A model generated the notes under the pieces. It searched no databases and was not told the DNA's origin. It worked only from the letters and a program-made list of their open reading frames with translations. A stretch of DNA of 64,000 nucleotides. Source: Felis catus (Eukaryota). Below, piece by piece: positions 37,094 through 48,148 of this stretch. The stretch is from NCBI RefSeq assembly GCF_018350175.1, contig NC_058368.1:198216001-198280000 (forward strand). The letters are read 5' to 3'. Every line of letters begins with the position of its first letter. Positions within the stretch are counted from its first letter, which is position 1. Made by a program: the position numbers and the translations under genes.

Positions 37094-39141
37094 GAGCTGC
37101 CGTCAAGGAGGGAGACAAAGTTCTTATTGGCCAATCTAATTTAGATGCTTCCAACCTCTTACTGAAATTACCCAAATCACAGCGATCTTCCTATGAGATC
37201 TGGTTCCAGGTTATATCTCTTCCTCACCATGGAACCCTTATGGTTGGAGAGAGGAATATTACCAAAGGAAAACCCAATTTCTCCCAGTATATAGTTAATA
37301 AATTTGGAATCATATACCTTCACGATGACTCTGAATCACTGGCTGATAATTTTACCTTTGCCGTTTGGCCAAATCAAAAGAGCAAGTCTGCCACCAAGCC
37401 AAAGGCTGACTTCCTTGAAGAGATGTTTAACATCACCATCTCTCCTGTTAATGACCAGGCACCAGCATTAAAGACAAAGGGGCTTCGGTTGAAAGTTCTA
37501 CAGGGCAACAGGTTAGTTGTGGGACCTGAAAATCTGAGAGTGGAAGATCTAGACAGTCCTCCAGAGGAGATCAGATATATGATCATCCGTAATCCTAATA
37601 ATGGCTTTTTGGCATTGGCTCACCATCCAGACATACCTGTTCACCATTTCACACAGGCCGACATTGACAACTCTAGGGTTTTATTCATTCAAGATGGAAG
37701 CCCATCCTCAGGCGTATTTTACTTTAGTGTGACCGATGGTCAACACCGCCCACTCTATAAGCTCTTCCACCTGGATGTCATCCCCATCTCCATCACCCTT
37801 GTGAACCTCACTGACCTACTTCTCCCACAAGGCCAGACAATAGTTCCTATCACCAATACTCATCTGTCAGCAATGACCAATGGGAGAAGCCCCCAAATCA
37901 CTTACAAGATGACATGGCCGCTCCAACATGGGCATCTGCTCATTGAAAACCAGGTGGTCATCAGCTTTGGGCAGGAGGATCTACATTCAGGAAGACTCTC
38001 TTACCATATGACAAATCTCACTGCCTCTGGGGACCAGCTACATTTCTCACTGTTTACACCAGAAAGCAACCTTACAGGACAAACACTGAGCATCAGAGTG
38101 CAGCCTCTACTGCGGGTTATGTCAAACTTGACCATTGCCAACAGAGTGGTTTATCAGCTGAGAAGAAAGGACCTTGATGCTACTGAGCTTGCTAATAGGA
38201 CTAAGAGTGATCCCCAATTTGAAGTGACAGAACCCCCTGTCCATGGAAGACTTGTACGAAGAGTGGGCCGAGGCGCTGAAATGGAAAACGCTACTCTATT
38301 CACTCAGAGGGACATTGACCAAGGATTGTTAATGCTGAATCCACATGCCAACTTAACAGGCATCGATATGGTGAATGACTCCTTCACTTTCCTGCTCAGG
38401 GCAGACCATGTACAGCCAGCAATAGGTTATCTCCCCTTCACCATAGTGCCACCTGACCCCTTACTCTTGCAAACATTTATCCCTGATGTTTCTTTACTAG
38501 TCACTTCCAATAACCTTGTGACTTCAGATTTCTCTCAGGAAAAGCTTGTGGTTTCCTCAGGACCCACAGTACAGGCAGAAACTTTAGGGAAGCTGACTCA
38601 GGCCAGGCAGCAGCAAGCAGATCCCTGGGGACGACACCATGGTCAAGAGCCTACAATGGACAGCAGAGCCTCTCTAACTAGGATCATTTGGCCACCAAAC
38701 ACCACCGACGCCAGTCCTCAGGCACCCACCCAACCCAGGGAGAGCAATTATCTTGTGATAGTCATTGTACCCTCGGCTGTGGTGGTCTTCCTGCTGATAG
38801 TAACTGCCATGACCTTGTGTATCCGGATGCTGGGCCGGAGGGCAGAAAAGGCAAAACCTCTCATCAAGCCCCTGACTGATCTGGAAACTACAACCCCAAG
38901 TCCTAGGCCAGAAAGGAGCATAGCTGTTCCCACTGTCACAGTGACACCCCTTCTAAAAAGCTCCAGCAGTCCTCCAGTCAGTCTTTGCAGGGACCCACTA
39001 AGTGGGCAAATGGCTTCTCCAGCTACTGAGCCAGTGGAGAAATGTGCTCCTTGGGAGACATGGATGAATCTGGATCCTGACATGGTCAAGCTCTGCCGAC
39101 AAACCAACCCAACACTGAAGCACAACCAGTATTGGGTGTAG
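37094..39141 (+). CDS. CSPG4B: CSPG4B terminal coding exon: CSPG repeats, stalk, TM helix, cytoplasmic tail ending QYWV
   Basis: Acceptor tatattttcacag|GA, phase 1. Open for 2048 bp to TAG at 39139-39141. Several CSPG repeats (YLHDDSE, PVNDQAP, EDLDSPP, FTQADID, FSVTDG, FTQRDID, DSFTF). TM YLVIVIVPSAVVVFLLIVTAMTLCI at 38749-38823. C-terminus DPDMVKLCRQTNPTLKHNQYWV parallels NG2 DPELLQFCRTPNPALKNGQYWV. Confidence 0.95.
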
Positions 39142-40240
39142 ACTGAGGGCTCTTGTTCCTGAGTGACCGCCTGCTGTACTGGGATAGGTACTGGGATCCA
39201 AAGGCAAAGGAATGCTGGGTGAATCAATTGAGAAAAGCTTGGCCGTGACAGTCACTCAGTGCTCAGTTATCGTCCCGTGGTTAGATGTTGGCAAGTGTTT
39301 ATTGTAACGCGTACAACACTCTTCTGATGGGCTCTCCACAATGAGCTTTGTATGCTCTCTTCTGGACCTGACTCTGAGTATAAGGTTGTGTCAGTATTTA
39401 AGCCCTTTACCAAAGTGCTACCAAACATGCTGGCCTAACTGGGAACAGCAGTATTAACTTGGGTGCTAGAGTTAATGGAGGAAGCCTTTGCATATTTTTC
39501 ACTGAGGATTCACTCTCTCTGAGTGAGTCAGCAAGGAAATGCAGGAACTGTTTCAGCAAGTAGAAAAGGTAATTTAGCAAATCAGCAAGTTTGTTTCTAG
39601 TGTATTTCTATAATGTATTTTCCTCCTTGGAGCCCGTAGGTTTGACTTCTTGTGCAGGAAATGCCTTGGTGCTCTGGATAGTAGGACAGCTTGACTCCCT
39701 TTGAAGTATTCACTGAGCATATTGTGTTTCATCGAGAAGATTTATCTATTCTGACTTGTAAAACCAAGTCTGTAGTACAAATATGATTTGAAGCCCTAAA
39801 GAATAGAAAAGGCTGTTAAACGCATTTGTGATGACTCGATTTGGCCTAACATCACGATGAATTGAAATAATGGCAAATTTGTACCTGACTTGTCTGGTTG
39901 AGCCTACCATTGGCTCAACTGATTCAAGCCTGTTTCGATAACTCTAAAATGAAGATATCAGTACTTGTATTAGTTACGAATGCTTTAGGTTGCAAATCAC
40001 AGGACATTAGCTATGAGTCGTTTAGATTGGAGATTGGCAAACTTTATTCGTGCAATACCACATGGTAAAGAGCTTAGACTTTGCGGGCCATGTATGGCTG
40101 TTTATTTTTAACAACCTTCATTTTCTTAACAAAGTTTTAAAAAGGTAGAAACAATTCTTAGTTCTTGCCTTTGACCCACAAATCAGTTTGCCAACTATTG
40201 ATTTGGCTAAGCAATAAAAGTCTTGCAACTACCAAGTAGC
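39142..40240 (+). other. Putative 3' UTR of CSPG4B (3' end uncertain)
   Basis: Follows the stop codon. The first AATAAA I found is at 40213-40218; alternatives are ATTAAA 40768-40773, AATAAA 41137-41142 and AATAAA 41184-41189. Confidence 0.4.
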
Positions 40241-40770
40241 CTGAGGTGGACATTCCGAGGCTGGTTCAACAGTCCAAAGATGTCATCAAGTACTGAAACT
40301 CTTTTGTTCTTTCTTCTCTACCTTCCTCAAGCTGTTGGAATTCTGTTTTTCATTTTTGTTTTTGTTTTTGTTTTTTGGCTTAGTTCCTTGTGATTGTGAG
40401 GTACCTGCTAATGCTCTAAGCAGTACAGTCACGTTCAAAGGCAGACATTCTAGTGGGAAAAAAACAGATATGGCAAAAAGACTTTTTCTTAGGATCTTAT
40501 TTATTTATTATTATTATTATTATTATTTTAATCTTGTAAGGATAGGCCTTCCCAAACATCTTCCCCCTTTTATGTCTCAGTCTAGAACTGAGCAATGGGA
40601 TTCCCATCTCTGGAACAACCATTTGGCCAAGAAATGGAATTCTTATGACGGACAATCTTTCCTGGGGCTGGGAGAGGATTCTGCCATGTCAGAGATCAGT
40701 GGATGACCCCACCCTGTAATTAGGGGAGGCTGGAGGATGGCAATTAGTTAAACAGTGAATAAGATCTATT
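39967..40770 (-). mobile_element. Old MLT1 (MaLR) LTR, interrupted by MER58
   Basis: tgtattagttacgaatgctttaggttgcaaat...ggctaagcaataaaag...aaagatgtcatcaag...cagtcacgttcaaaggcag, resembling MLT1K/L. Confidence 0.6.
40029..40200. mobile_element. MER58-like hAT-Charlie MITE
   Basis: Inverted termini ttggcaaact at 40035-40044 and agtttgccaa at 40185-40194. Internal ttagactttgcgggcca matches MER58. Confidence 0.7.
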
Positions 40771-40907
40771 AAAGTACTCTTCAAATATGAAATACTTGGG
40801 AAATAAGCATTTTGATCTTTCAAATGGATATCTACTTTAGTATCTCCTTTTCATATTTTAATGATTTTCTTAAAGCCAGCAACTAGTGAGTCCAGAGTGG
40901 AAGGAAC

Positions 40908-41091
40908 AACATCTCCTGGTGGGGGCATTTGGCAGTGTCTGGAGACATTTTTGGTTTTCACAACAGGTGCTGTTGGCATCCATTGAGTGCAAACCACAGA
41001 TGCTGCCAGATATCCAACACCGCATAGGACAGCCCCCCAAAAGAATTGCCTGATCCAAAATTTCAACAATGCCAACGTTGAGAAACCCTGG
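40908..41091. mobile_element. MER20 hAT DNA transposon
   Basis: ggggcatttggcagtgtctggagacatttttggtt...gatgctgccagatatcc...aggacagcccccc...ttgagaaaccctg, matching MER20. Confidence 0.85.
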
Positions 41092-41784
41092 TTAAAACCA
41101 CAATGAAGAGTTTTCTTGTCCACCCGATGAAGGATTAATAAACACATTACCAAATGTAAGCAGCAACTATATTCTAAAAACAGAATAAAAGGGTGAAAAT
41201 TCTATTGTACGGTTGAAACTCTGCTTGGCAAATTTTTTTTTAAAGAGGATGTATTTAAAAACAAAGCTTGAGGGCAGATTCATTCCTTCATATTCCTTGA
41301 TAAAAGAAAAAGATTTTACCTTGTGTTAACAGGTGGAACACATCGGGAGGGAAAAAAATCGATATTTCCAAAGGTAAAGATGAGGTCAAAGTGTTCCCCA
41401 AAGTCTAATGGCCTCAGATGTGTTCCATGTGGACAAGAATTTTTTCTCATCCTTTCCCTTTTCTGTTTCTCTGGGTTACTTTTCTGTCCCAACCCAATTT
41501 TAACGGCTCTCTGTGGAAACAGACTTCGTAATCTACAGACCAAATGGAAGGACAGCATATTTGGACCTAGAGATAACTAATCATGTCTTAGATCTCTGGT
41601 TCCAATGCTGGTGCTAAAGAAATCTTACCTACTCTTCTTCCTAAAGTGATTCCCTCCTGTCTTTCTGTATTATTGAATTATATGTAGCCCCTTTCAAGTG
41701 TTTTTGGACTTGATCCCCTTAGAAAGGAGGACTGAGAGTCTTAACCCAAGGTTGGTTTGATCACTATGCAACTCAGAATTATTC

Positions 41785-41943
41785 TTTTTTTTTCTTTTTC
41801 CTTTTTTTCAATTTAAATCCAAGTTAGCTAACATATAATGTAATAATGTTTTCAGTAATAGAATTTAGTGACTCATCACTTACATATAACACCCAGTGCT
41901 CATCCCAACAAGTGTCCTCCTTAATGTCCCTTGCCCATTTAGC
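41785..41943 (-). mobile_element. Carnivore L1 3' end, 5'-truncated
   Basis: Poly-T followed by ...tcatcacttacatataacacccagtgctcatcccaacaagtgtcctccttaatg. Confidence 0.8.
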
Positions 41944-44191
41944 TTGTTCTAAGGAGCCAGGTGCTCAGAAGGAACAGAATGGCAGTATGTGCTTGAGCTT
42001 GTACACAGAAAGGGAAGGCTGAGGAACATCTTTGCATCCAGTTAAGTGGGTTTTCTTTTCTCTCGGCTGGGCAAGGAGACTGCCCGTTCTTTGTGGAAGA
42101 GCCAGATGTAGTTGGCTCCATGACCATGTTGGCCTCTTCCTTGCTTCAGCCATGAGATCTGTGAAGCTTATCAGCCCGACCAAACAAAAAAATATGATTT
42201 CCCCTCCCCTTTCCTGTTAACTCTGTAACTTCATAAAAATAAAATTAGTGTCCGTATTGGAATTAAATAGACACAGATGCTTTGAAATGAGAATTCACGG
42301 TGCCTGTGAGTGTGCCTGCCAAAGCAAGACCATCAGTGTGAGGTACAGATGTCAAGACTCAGTAATTAATAGAGTAATTAATATAGAGCTTGGAAAGTTT
42401 TCCAGAGCATCTAGAATAGTCTTCTGATTTGCAGATGGATTCAATTTTTAAAAATGCCTACCATTTGGTGCTGGCTCAAATAAAAAATGAAATAAAAAGT
42501 TTTGGCAAATTCTTGTTTAGTGTTGAAAATTAGTTTTGGAAATTGAAAATCAGTTTGAAATGGTTTCTCTCATACAAAGAGCTACAACTGCACGTCATAA
42601 TGAATTCGCCACCTCTTAACAAATGACTGGGGAATGAATAAGGAGACACCAAAAGTTAATGTCAGAAGAATTGCTGATTCTTGCTTAACAGGAGGTATTT
42701 TTTTGGGTGGGCTGGGAATGGAGGGTCTAACATTGTTCCATATCTGGAGGCTTTGGCAAATTCTAATCTTTCAGGGATCCTGCTCAAACACCTGGGTGCA
42801 CTTCCTTAGAGTCCTGCATTAGGTAGATTGAGACAGGTGCTGTTCTTACCGTCTGGTTTTTCGGATTTCTGGGGCTGTTAGACACGGAGGGTGAATAATA
42901 GGTATGTATCAGATGACACTCCCTGAAATTGACAATGGGACTGTGCTACACACCTACATCTTTCAGAAGCATTGTAATTAATGAGTTTGAGGTTGGCCAT
43001 GTGTAGGGAGACATATACGGTTGAAAGTGGGCATGGAACCCACTGTCGGGCATGCCCAGTGATGGAGCCCTTGGCTAAGGTGCTCAAGAACACCACTGTC
43101 TGTTTGGCAAACACTTAGAAAGGGCTGCCTTTTCATAATGATTGGCAAACATTTATAAGGCACCTACTGTCTGTGAGACACCAAATACTAGACACTTCCC
43201 CTAGATGCAGATGCGAGATGTTGTCCTGAAAGGATCTTTCTGGTTTGTTTCCTCTGATAGGTTCTTCCAGAATCACACAAGGAGTGACAGGAGAGAAGGT
43301 ATGGAAAAAAGGACAAAGAGAAATAGAGGTTCAGAAAGGGCTTCGTCTTTTCACTTGAAAACTCAGTGGTGTGGTGAGAATGAGGGACCTCACTGGCCCA
43401 CCCACCTCCACTTCCGCCCACCTGTCCCTCAGGGTGCCCCTCATGTTCCCATCGAGGCCTACAGAGTGAGACACTACAGAGTGGTTAGATCTAGACTCTG
43501 CCTCTGTTTTGGATCCTGGCTCTCTGCTTCCAAGCAGTGTGGCTTTGAGTAATGTATTCAATCTCATTGAATTTCGATTTTTTAGACAACAATTTCTTCC
43601 TCCAAACCTACCTCTTTGGGTTTTGTTAAGATTTAGTGATGTTAATATCATTATCATCATCATCATCACCACCTCCATACAGAATTTTCAGTGCATCAGG
43701 CACTACACTAACTGCTACAAAAACTTTTTCTTACCTGCACTTTTAATGCATTTTAAAAGAACTAATACATTAGGCCACTTCAGTAAACGAGAGGCTCATA
43801 TTCTACCCAAAGCAGTACATGGAATTGAAGTAGTTGTGGTAATGGAATTTCAGGTGGGTGGTTTAAGGATAGGTGATGTGTTTTTCAGAAGGGGAGCTTC
43901 CCACATGCTCATGCCCCACTGGGCAGGCACTGCTTTCCCCTTTGTCCTTGGATGGAGCCTTGGCAAGAAAATGGATGAAAGAAAGAACACATCAGGAACA
44001 TTTGTAAAATCAGGGATTTTAATGGTTCTCTATCTTGTAGGGGCTGCTGAACTGTTGATGAAATATTCTGCTTTGTTCCCTTCCTTTCCAAACCGGATCA
44101 AATCCCTACATCGGCCAGGGCTTTGATTTGAAACCTTTACCCCTTCTCCCACTTCCCATCCCATTATTCCCAAGCATTCACAGGCTACTAC

Positions 44192-44388
44192 TTTTCTTTT
44201 CTCTTTTCAAAGCTTAATTATGTATTTTGAGGGGGAAGGCAGAGAGAGAGGGAGAGGGAGAAGCCCAAACAGCCTCTGCACTGCCAGCACAGAGCCCAAC
44301 ATGGGGCTTGATCTCACACACTGTGAGATCATGAGCTAAGCCAAAATCAAGATTCCCACACTCAACCGACTGAGCCAATGAAGCACCC
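44192..44388 (-). mobile_element. Can-SINE (old, diverged)
   Basis: ggggcttgatctcacacactgtgagatcatgagctaagcc...caaccgactgagcca. Confidence 0.85.
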
Positions 44389-45935
44389 TAGTAATTTTCT
44401 TTTTAAGTCTAGGATTAGCAAAAGACTGCCACTTAAAAAAAAATTAATACCATAACTTTACCAAAATAAAAAGTGCTGTTTACCATCACCATAATTTCCT
44501 TTCTTAAGGACAAACTCTTATAATAAAGAACTTTGGGGGGAAAAATAAGCAACTTTATGCAAAATTCTCTCCTTTGTCCAGATCTGACCACGGCCTGGAA
44601 AAACCCCAGCACACGCCAGCAGGGCCAAGAACTGTATGGAGGCCATGCTTATGGCTGCATGGCTAGACCTCAGGGAGAAGCAGGGAAGAGAAAAGTCAGC
44701 TCCTCAATGACGGTGTTCCTTAGGAAGATGTGGTCAGTCATCCCGTGTGTGTGTGTGTGTGTGTGTGTGCATTAGCAAGGTTTGGGGATGAGGACTAACT
44801 CGCTATTTAAGAGTCCAGACAAGACCAGCTCCACAGGCATATGCAACCAGTGCAGCCACACAGGCCTCAGAAGGACCTGGGCTGGGATTAATGCTCTGTG
44901 TAACCATCTTGAAATTCCAATAATTTTTGAACATAGCTCCCACATTTTCATGCTTCACTGCGCCCTGCTAATTGTATAGCTGATTCTGAGACTGCATAGA
45001 ATTTAGTTGATGACTGTTGCATCAGACACCTCTTAAGCATTGTTTAAAATTCTCTCAGCTTGGCTTTTTCCTCCAACTATGGCTCTGGCTACCAGTTCCA
45101 GGCATATTTATAGCCATAAATGAGGGTGTAGTGTGCCCTGGGTCCCGGTATCTCTGCAGCATGCCTGTGCGAACCTGTACTTGCACAACCCAGAAGTGAG
45201 AGAGTTAACTCCCCACACAACAACCCTTACCCAGCAGCAAAGAGGAGCTAAGGAATAAATACCTGTATATAGCGGGTATCAACAGTTCTAAGATGCATTC
45301 TGTGAGGCTTCTCAGACTGTCATGAAGATTGAAGACAGATATATGGGTGTGTGGAACCTCTTCCTGCCCTGCTTGTTATCCCTGTCCCTCACTCCTGCTC
45401 CCACTCACAGATGAGCCTTTGCTGTTAAGGGAGCCCAGGCAAAGACAGTGGTCCCTATTTTCCTTGTATCATCAGCTGGGAGTATGAACCCTATGGCTAG
45501 GCATCCATTGCCTTATGGTTTTCATGGGACCCTTAGGAACAGTTACTCTGGGTTACTTGCCTTGAGGGCCTGTGCCCTGCCGGACCCCTTATCACACGCA
45601 GCCCAGGTCTGCTGGGACACTGCTGTCTGCCCACAGCTGGGAGCCAGGAGGCCTTGAACTAGCGGCAGACCCTAAGCCAAGGCTCTGTCTTGGAATCAGC
45701 CAAGAAGTCACGGCTTTACCAAATCACCATCTAGTTAAAAATCTCACTTTTCATTGCAGTTTCTCCACTGGTTGTGTTGGGTTTAAGAAACAGTAGCTCA
45801 TTAACCACAACTTTTAGCACTTTTTACTGTATTTTGTAATAGTTTAGAAACGCTCTTCAGCATTTCATTTCAGCACTGCTCATGGTTTCTCAAAGTAAAG
45901 ATTACCTCGCACTTGTTTTTAATAACAGCTTTATT

Positions 45936-46032
45936 TATTTATTTATTTTTTGAGAGACAGAGAGAGGGAGGGCACAGGTGAGTGAGGAGCAGAAAGAGTG
46001 AGGGAGAGAAAGAGAGAATCCCACAAGGGGAA

Positions 46033-46081
<49 letters not shown>

Positions 46082-46198
46082 GGAGCTCAACCGAAGCAGG
46101 GCTTGTGTTCAACCAATGAGGAACTGGAACTCATGAACGGTGAGATCATGACCTGAGCTGAAGTTAGATGCTTAACTGACTCAACCACCCAGACACCC
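45936..46198 (-). mobile_element. Can-SINE with long (GA)n tract
   Basis: Perfect TSD aataacagctttatt at 45921-45935 and 46199-46213. (GA)n at about 46038-46078. Confidence 0.9.
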
Positions 46199-46374
46199 AA
46201 TAACAGCTTTATTGAGATGTTATTTACACACCAAACAATCCACTCAAGGTATACAATTCCATAGTTTTTAGTGTTTTCACAAAGGTATGCAATCATGTAC
46301 TTGGCTATTTGCATATCTTCGTTAGAGAAATTTCTCTTTAGATCTTTTGTCCATTTTAAAAATTGGGTTATTTA

Positions 46375-46599
46375 GGGGCGCCTGGGTGGCGCAGTCGGTT
46401 AAGCGTCCGACTTCAGCCAGGTCACGATCTCGCGGTCCGTGAGTTCGAGCCCCGCGTCAGGCTCTGGGCTGATGGCTCAGAGCCTGGAGCCTGTTTCCGA
46501 TTCTGTGTCTCCCTCTCTCTCTGCCCCTCCCCCTTTCATGCTCTGTCTCTCTCTGTTCCAAAAATAAAAAAAAATAATAATAATAAAATAAAATAAAAG
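46375..46599 (+). mobile_element. Young Can-SINE (SINEC_Fc)
   Basis: Near-consensus, CpG-rich. Perfect TSD aaaaattgggttattt at 46358-46373 and 46600-46615. Confidence 0.95.
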
Positions 46600-46755
46600 A
46601 AAAATTGGGTTATTTGTTTTTATTCTTCCACTGTGTTATTTACATATCATGGATAATAATCCTTATCAGATATGTGATACTCAAAAAGTGTCTCTCATTT
46701 TGTAGATTGTCGTTTCAGTTTTTGGATGACGTGCTAGAAAATATAGGAGGTTTTA

Positions 46756-46879
46756 TTTTTTTATTTTTTATTTTTTTTAATATATGAAATTTATTGTCAA
46801 ACTGGTTTCCATACAACATCCAGTGCTCATCCCAAAAGATGCCCTCTTCAATACCCGTCACCTACCCTCCCCTCCCTCA
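46756..46879 (-). mobile_element. Felid L1 (L1_Fc-like) extreme 3' end, about 120 bp
   Basis: T tail then aaatttattgtcaaactggtttccatacaacatccagtgctcatccc. Flanked by aggaggtttta on both sides. Confidence 0.85.
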
Positions 46880-46890
46880 AGGAGGTTTTA

Positions 46891-47129
46891 TTTTTTTTAT
46901 TTTTTTTATTTTTAAAAATTTTTTTTCAACGTTTATTTATTTTTGGGACAGAGAGAGACAGAGCATGAACGGGGTAGGGGCAGAGAGAGAGGGAGACACA
47001 GAACTGGAAACAGGCTCCAGGCTCCGAGCCATCAGCCCAGAGCCTGACGCGGGGCTCGAACTCACGGACCGCGAGATCGTGACCTGGCTGAAGTCGGATG
47101 CTTAACCGACTGCGCCACCCAGGCGCCCC
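46891..47129 (-). mobile_element. Young Can-SINE (SINEC_Fc)
   Basis: Reverse near-consensus SINEC_Fc. TSD aaggaggtttta at 46879-46890 and 47130-47141. Confidence 0.95.
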
Positions 47130-47749
47130 AAGGAGGTTTTAATTGTGATGTCTAATTTATCTATTTTTTCCTCTTGTTGTTTGTATTTTTGGTCTTGTAT
47201 CTAAGAAACCGTCTCCTAATTTGAAGTCATAAAGATGGAGGCCTTTGCTTTCTTTTAAGACTTTTATAGTTTTAGGTCTCAAAATTATATCTTTGACTCA
47301 TTTTGAGTTAATTTTAAGATACGGTGTCTATGGTATAAAGTAGGGGTCCAAATTCATCCTATTGCATGTGATAACGAGTTGTCCCAACACTGTTGAAAGG
47401 GCAGTTCTTTCCCCCATTTAATTGTCTTAACTCCCATGTCAAAAATGAGTTGACCATGAATGTGAGAGATTTCTGTATTCTCAATTCTGTTCCATTGAAT
47501 ATATATATAAATATATATACACCTATATTCGTGCCACTTTGTTTTGATTACAGTAGCTTTGCAGTAAGTTTTGAAACTGGGAAGTGAGTTCTCCAACTTT
47601 GTCCTTCTTTTTCAAGATAGTTTTAGTTGTTTTGGGCTCCTTTAATTTCCATATGAACTATAGAATCAGCTAGTCAATTTCTGCACAGAAGGCAGTGAAG
47701 ACTTTGATAGAAATTGCATTGAATCCATAAATTTGGAGACTACTGTATC

Positions 47750-48148
47750 TTTTTTATTATTTATTTATTTTAATTCCAGCATAGTTAACATAGAGTTTTT
47801 TATTTGTTTCATGTGTATGATATAATGATTCAACAATTCTATATTACCCATGGCTCATCATAAGTGGGCTCTTAATGCCCTTCACCTATTTGACCTATCC
47901 CCTCACCCACCTCCCCTCTGGCAGCCACCAATTTGTTCTCTGTATTTAAGAATCTATTTTTTGTTTCTCTCTCTCTCTCTCTTTCTCTCTCTTTTGTTCA
48001 TTTTTTTCATTTCCTAAATTCTAAGATGACTGAAATCATTATAGTATTTGTCTCTGACTGACTTATTTCACTTAGCATTATACCCTCTAGATCCATCCAT
48101 ATTGTTGCAAATAGCAAGATTTCATTCTTTTTTATGACTGAGTAATAG
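47750..48148 (-). mobile_element. Carnivore L1 3' UTR fragment nested in the older L1
   Basis: T tail, then tataatgattcaacaattct...cccctcacccacctcccctctggcagccacc...tgacttatttcacttagcattataccctctagatccatcc. Confidence 0.8.

Noticed and set aside
25..39141. Calling the gene canonical CSPG4, or FRAS1/FREM1-3
   Set aside because: The protein is far too diverged from mammalian NG2 as I recall it, and the tail is longer. FRAS1/FREM is rejected because no Calx-beta domains follow the repeats and the end is the NG2-type QYWV. The CSPG4B symbol rests on recall, not a database search.
38748..39227. 159-aa antisense ORF
   Set aside because: It is a shadow of the coding exon on the opposite strand, with no recognisable domain.
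43509..44126. 205-aa ORF
   Set aside because: It has a non-ATG start, runs through MIR-like and (ATC)n low-complexity sequence, and shows no recognisable protein features.
46363..47105. Recurrent ORFs of the type GAPGWRSRLSVRLQPGHDLAVREFEPRV and RERQSMNGGGAEREGDTE
   Set aside because: They are translations of SINEC_Fc in either orientation, not a protein family.
47354..47596. L1 ORF2-like peptide as an active or domesticated gene
   Set aside because: It is short, frameshifted and interrupted by younger insertions, so it is a dead L1 fragment.
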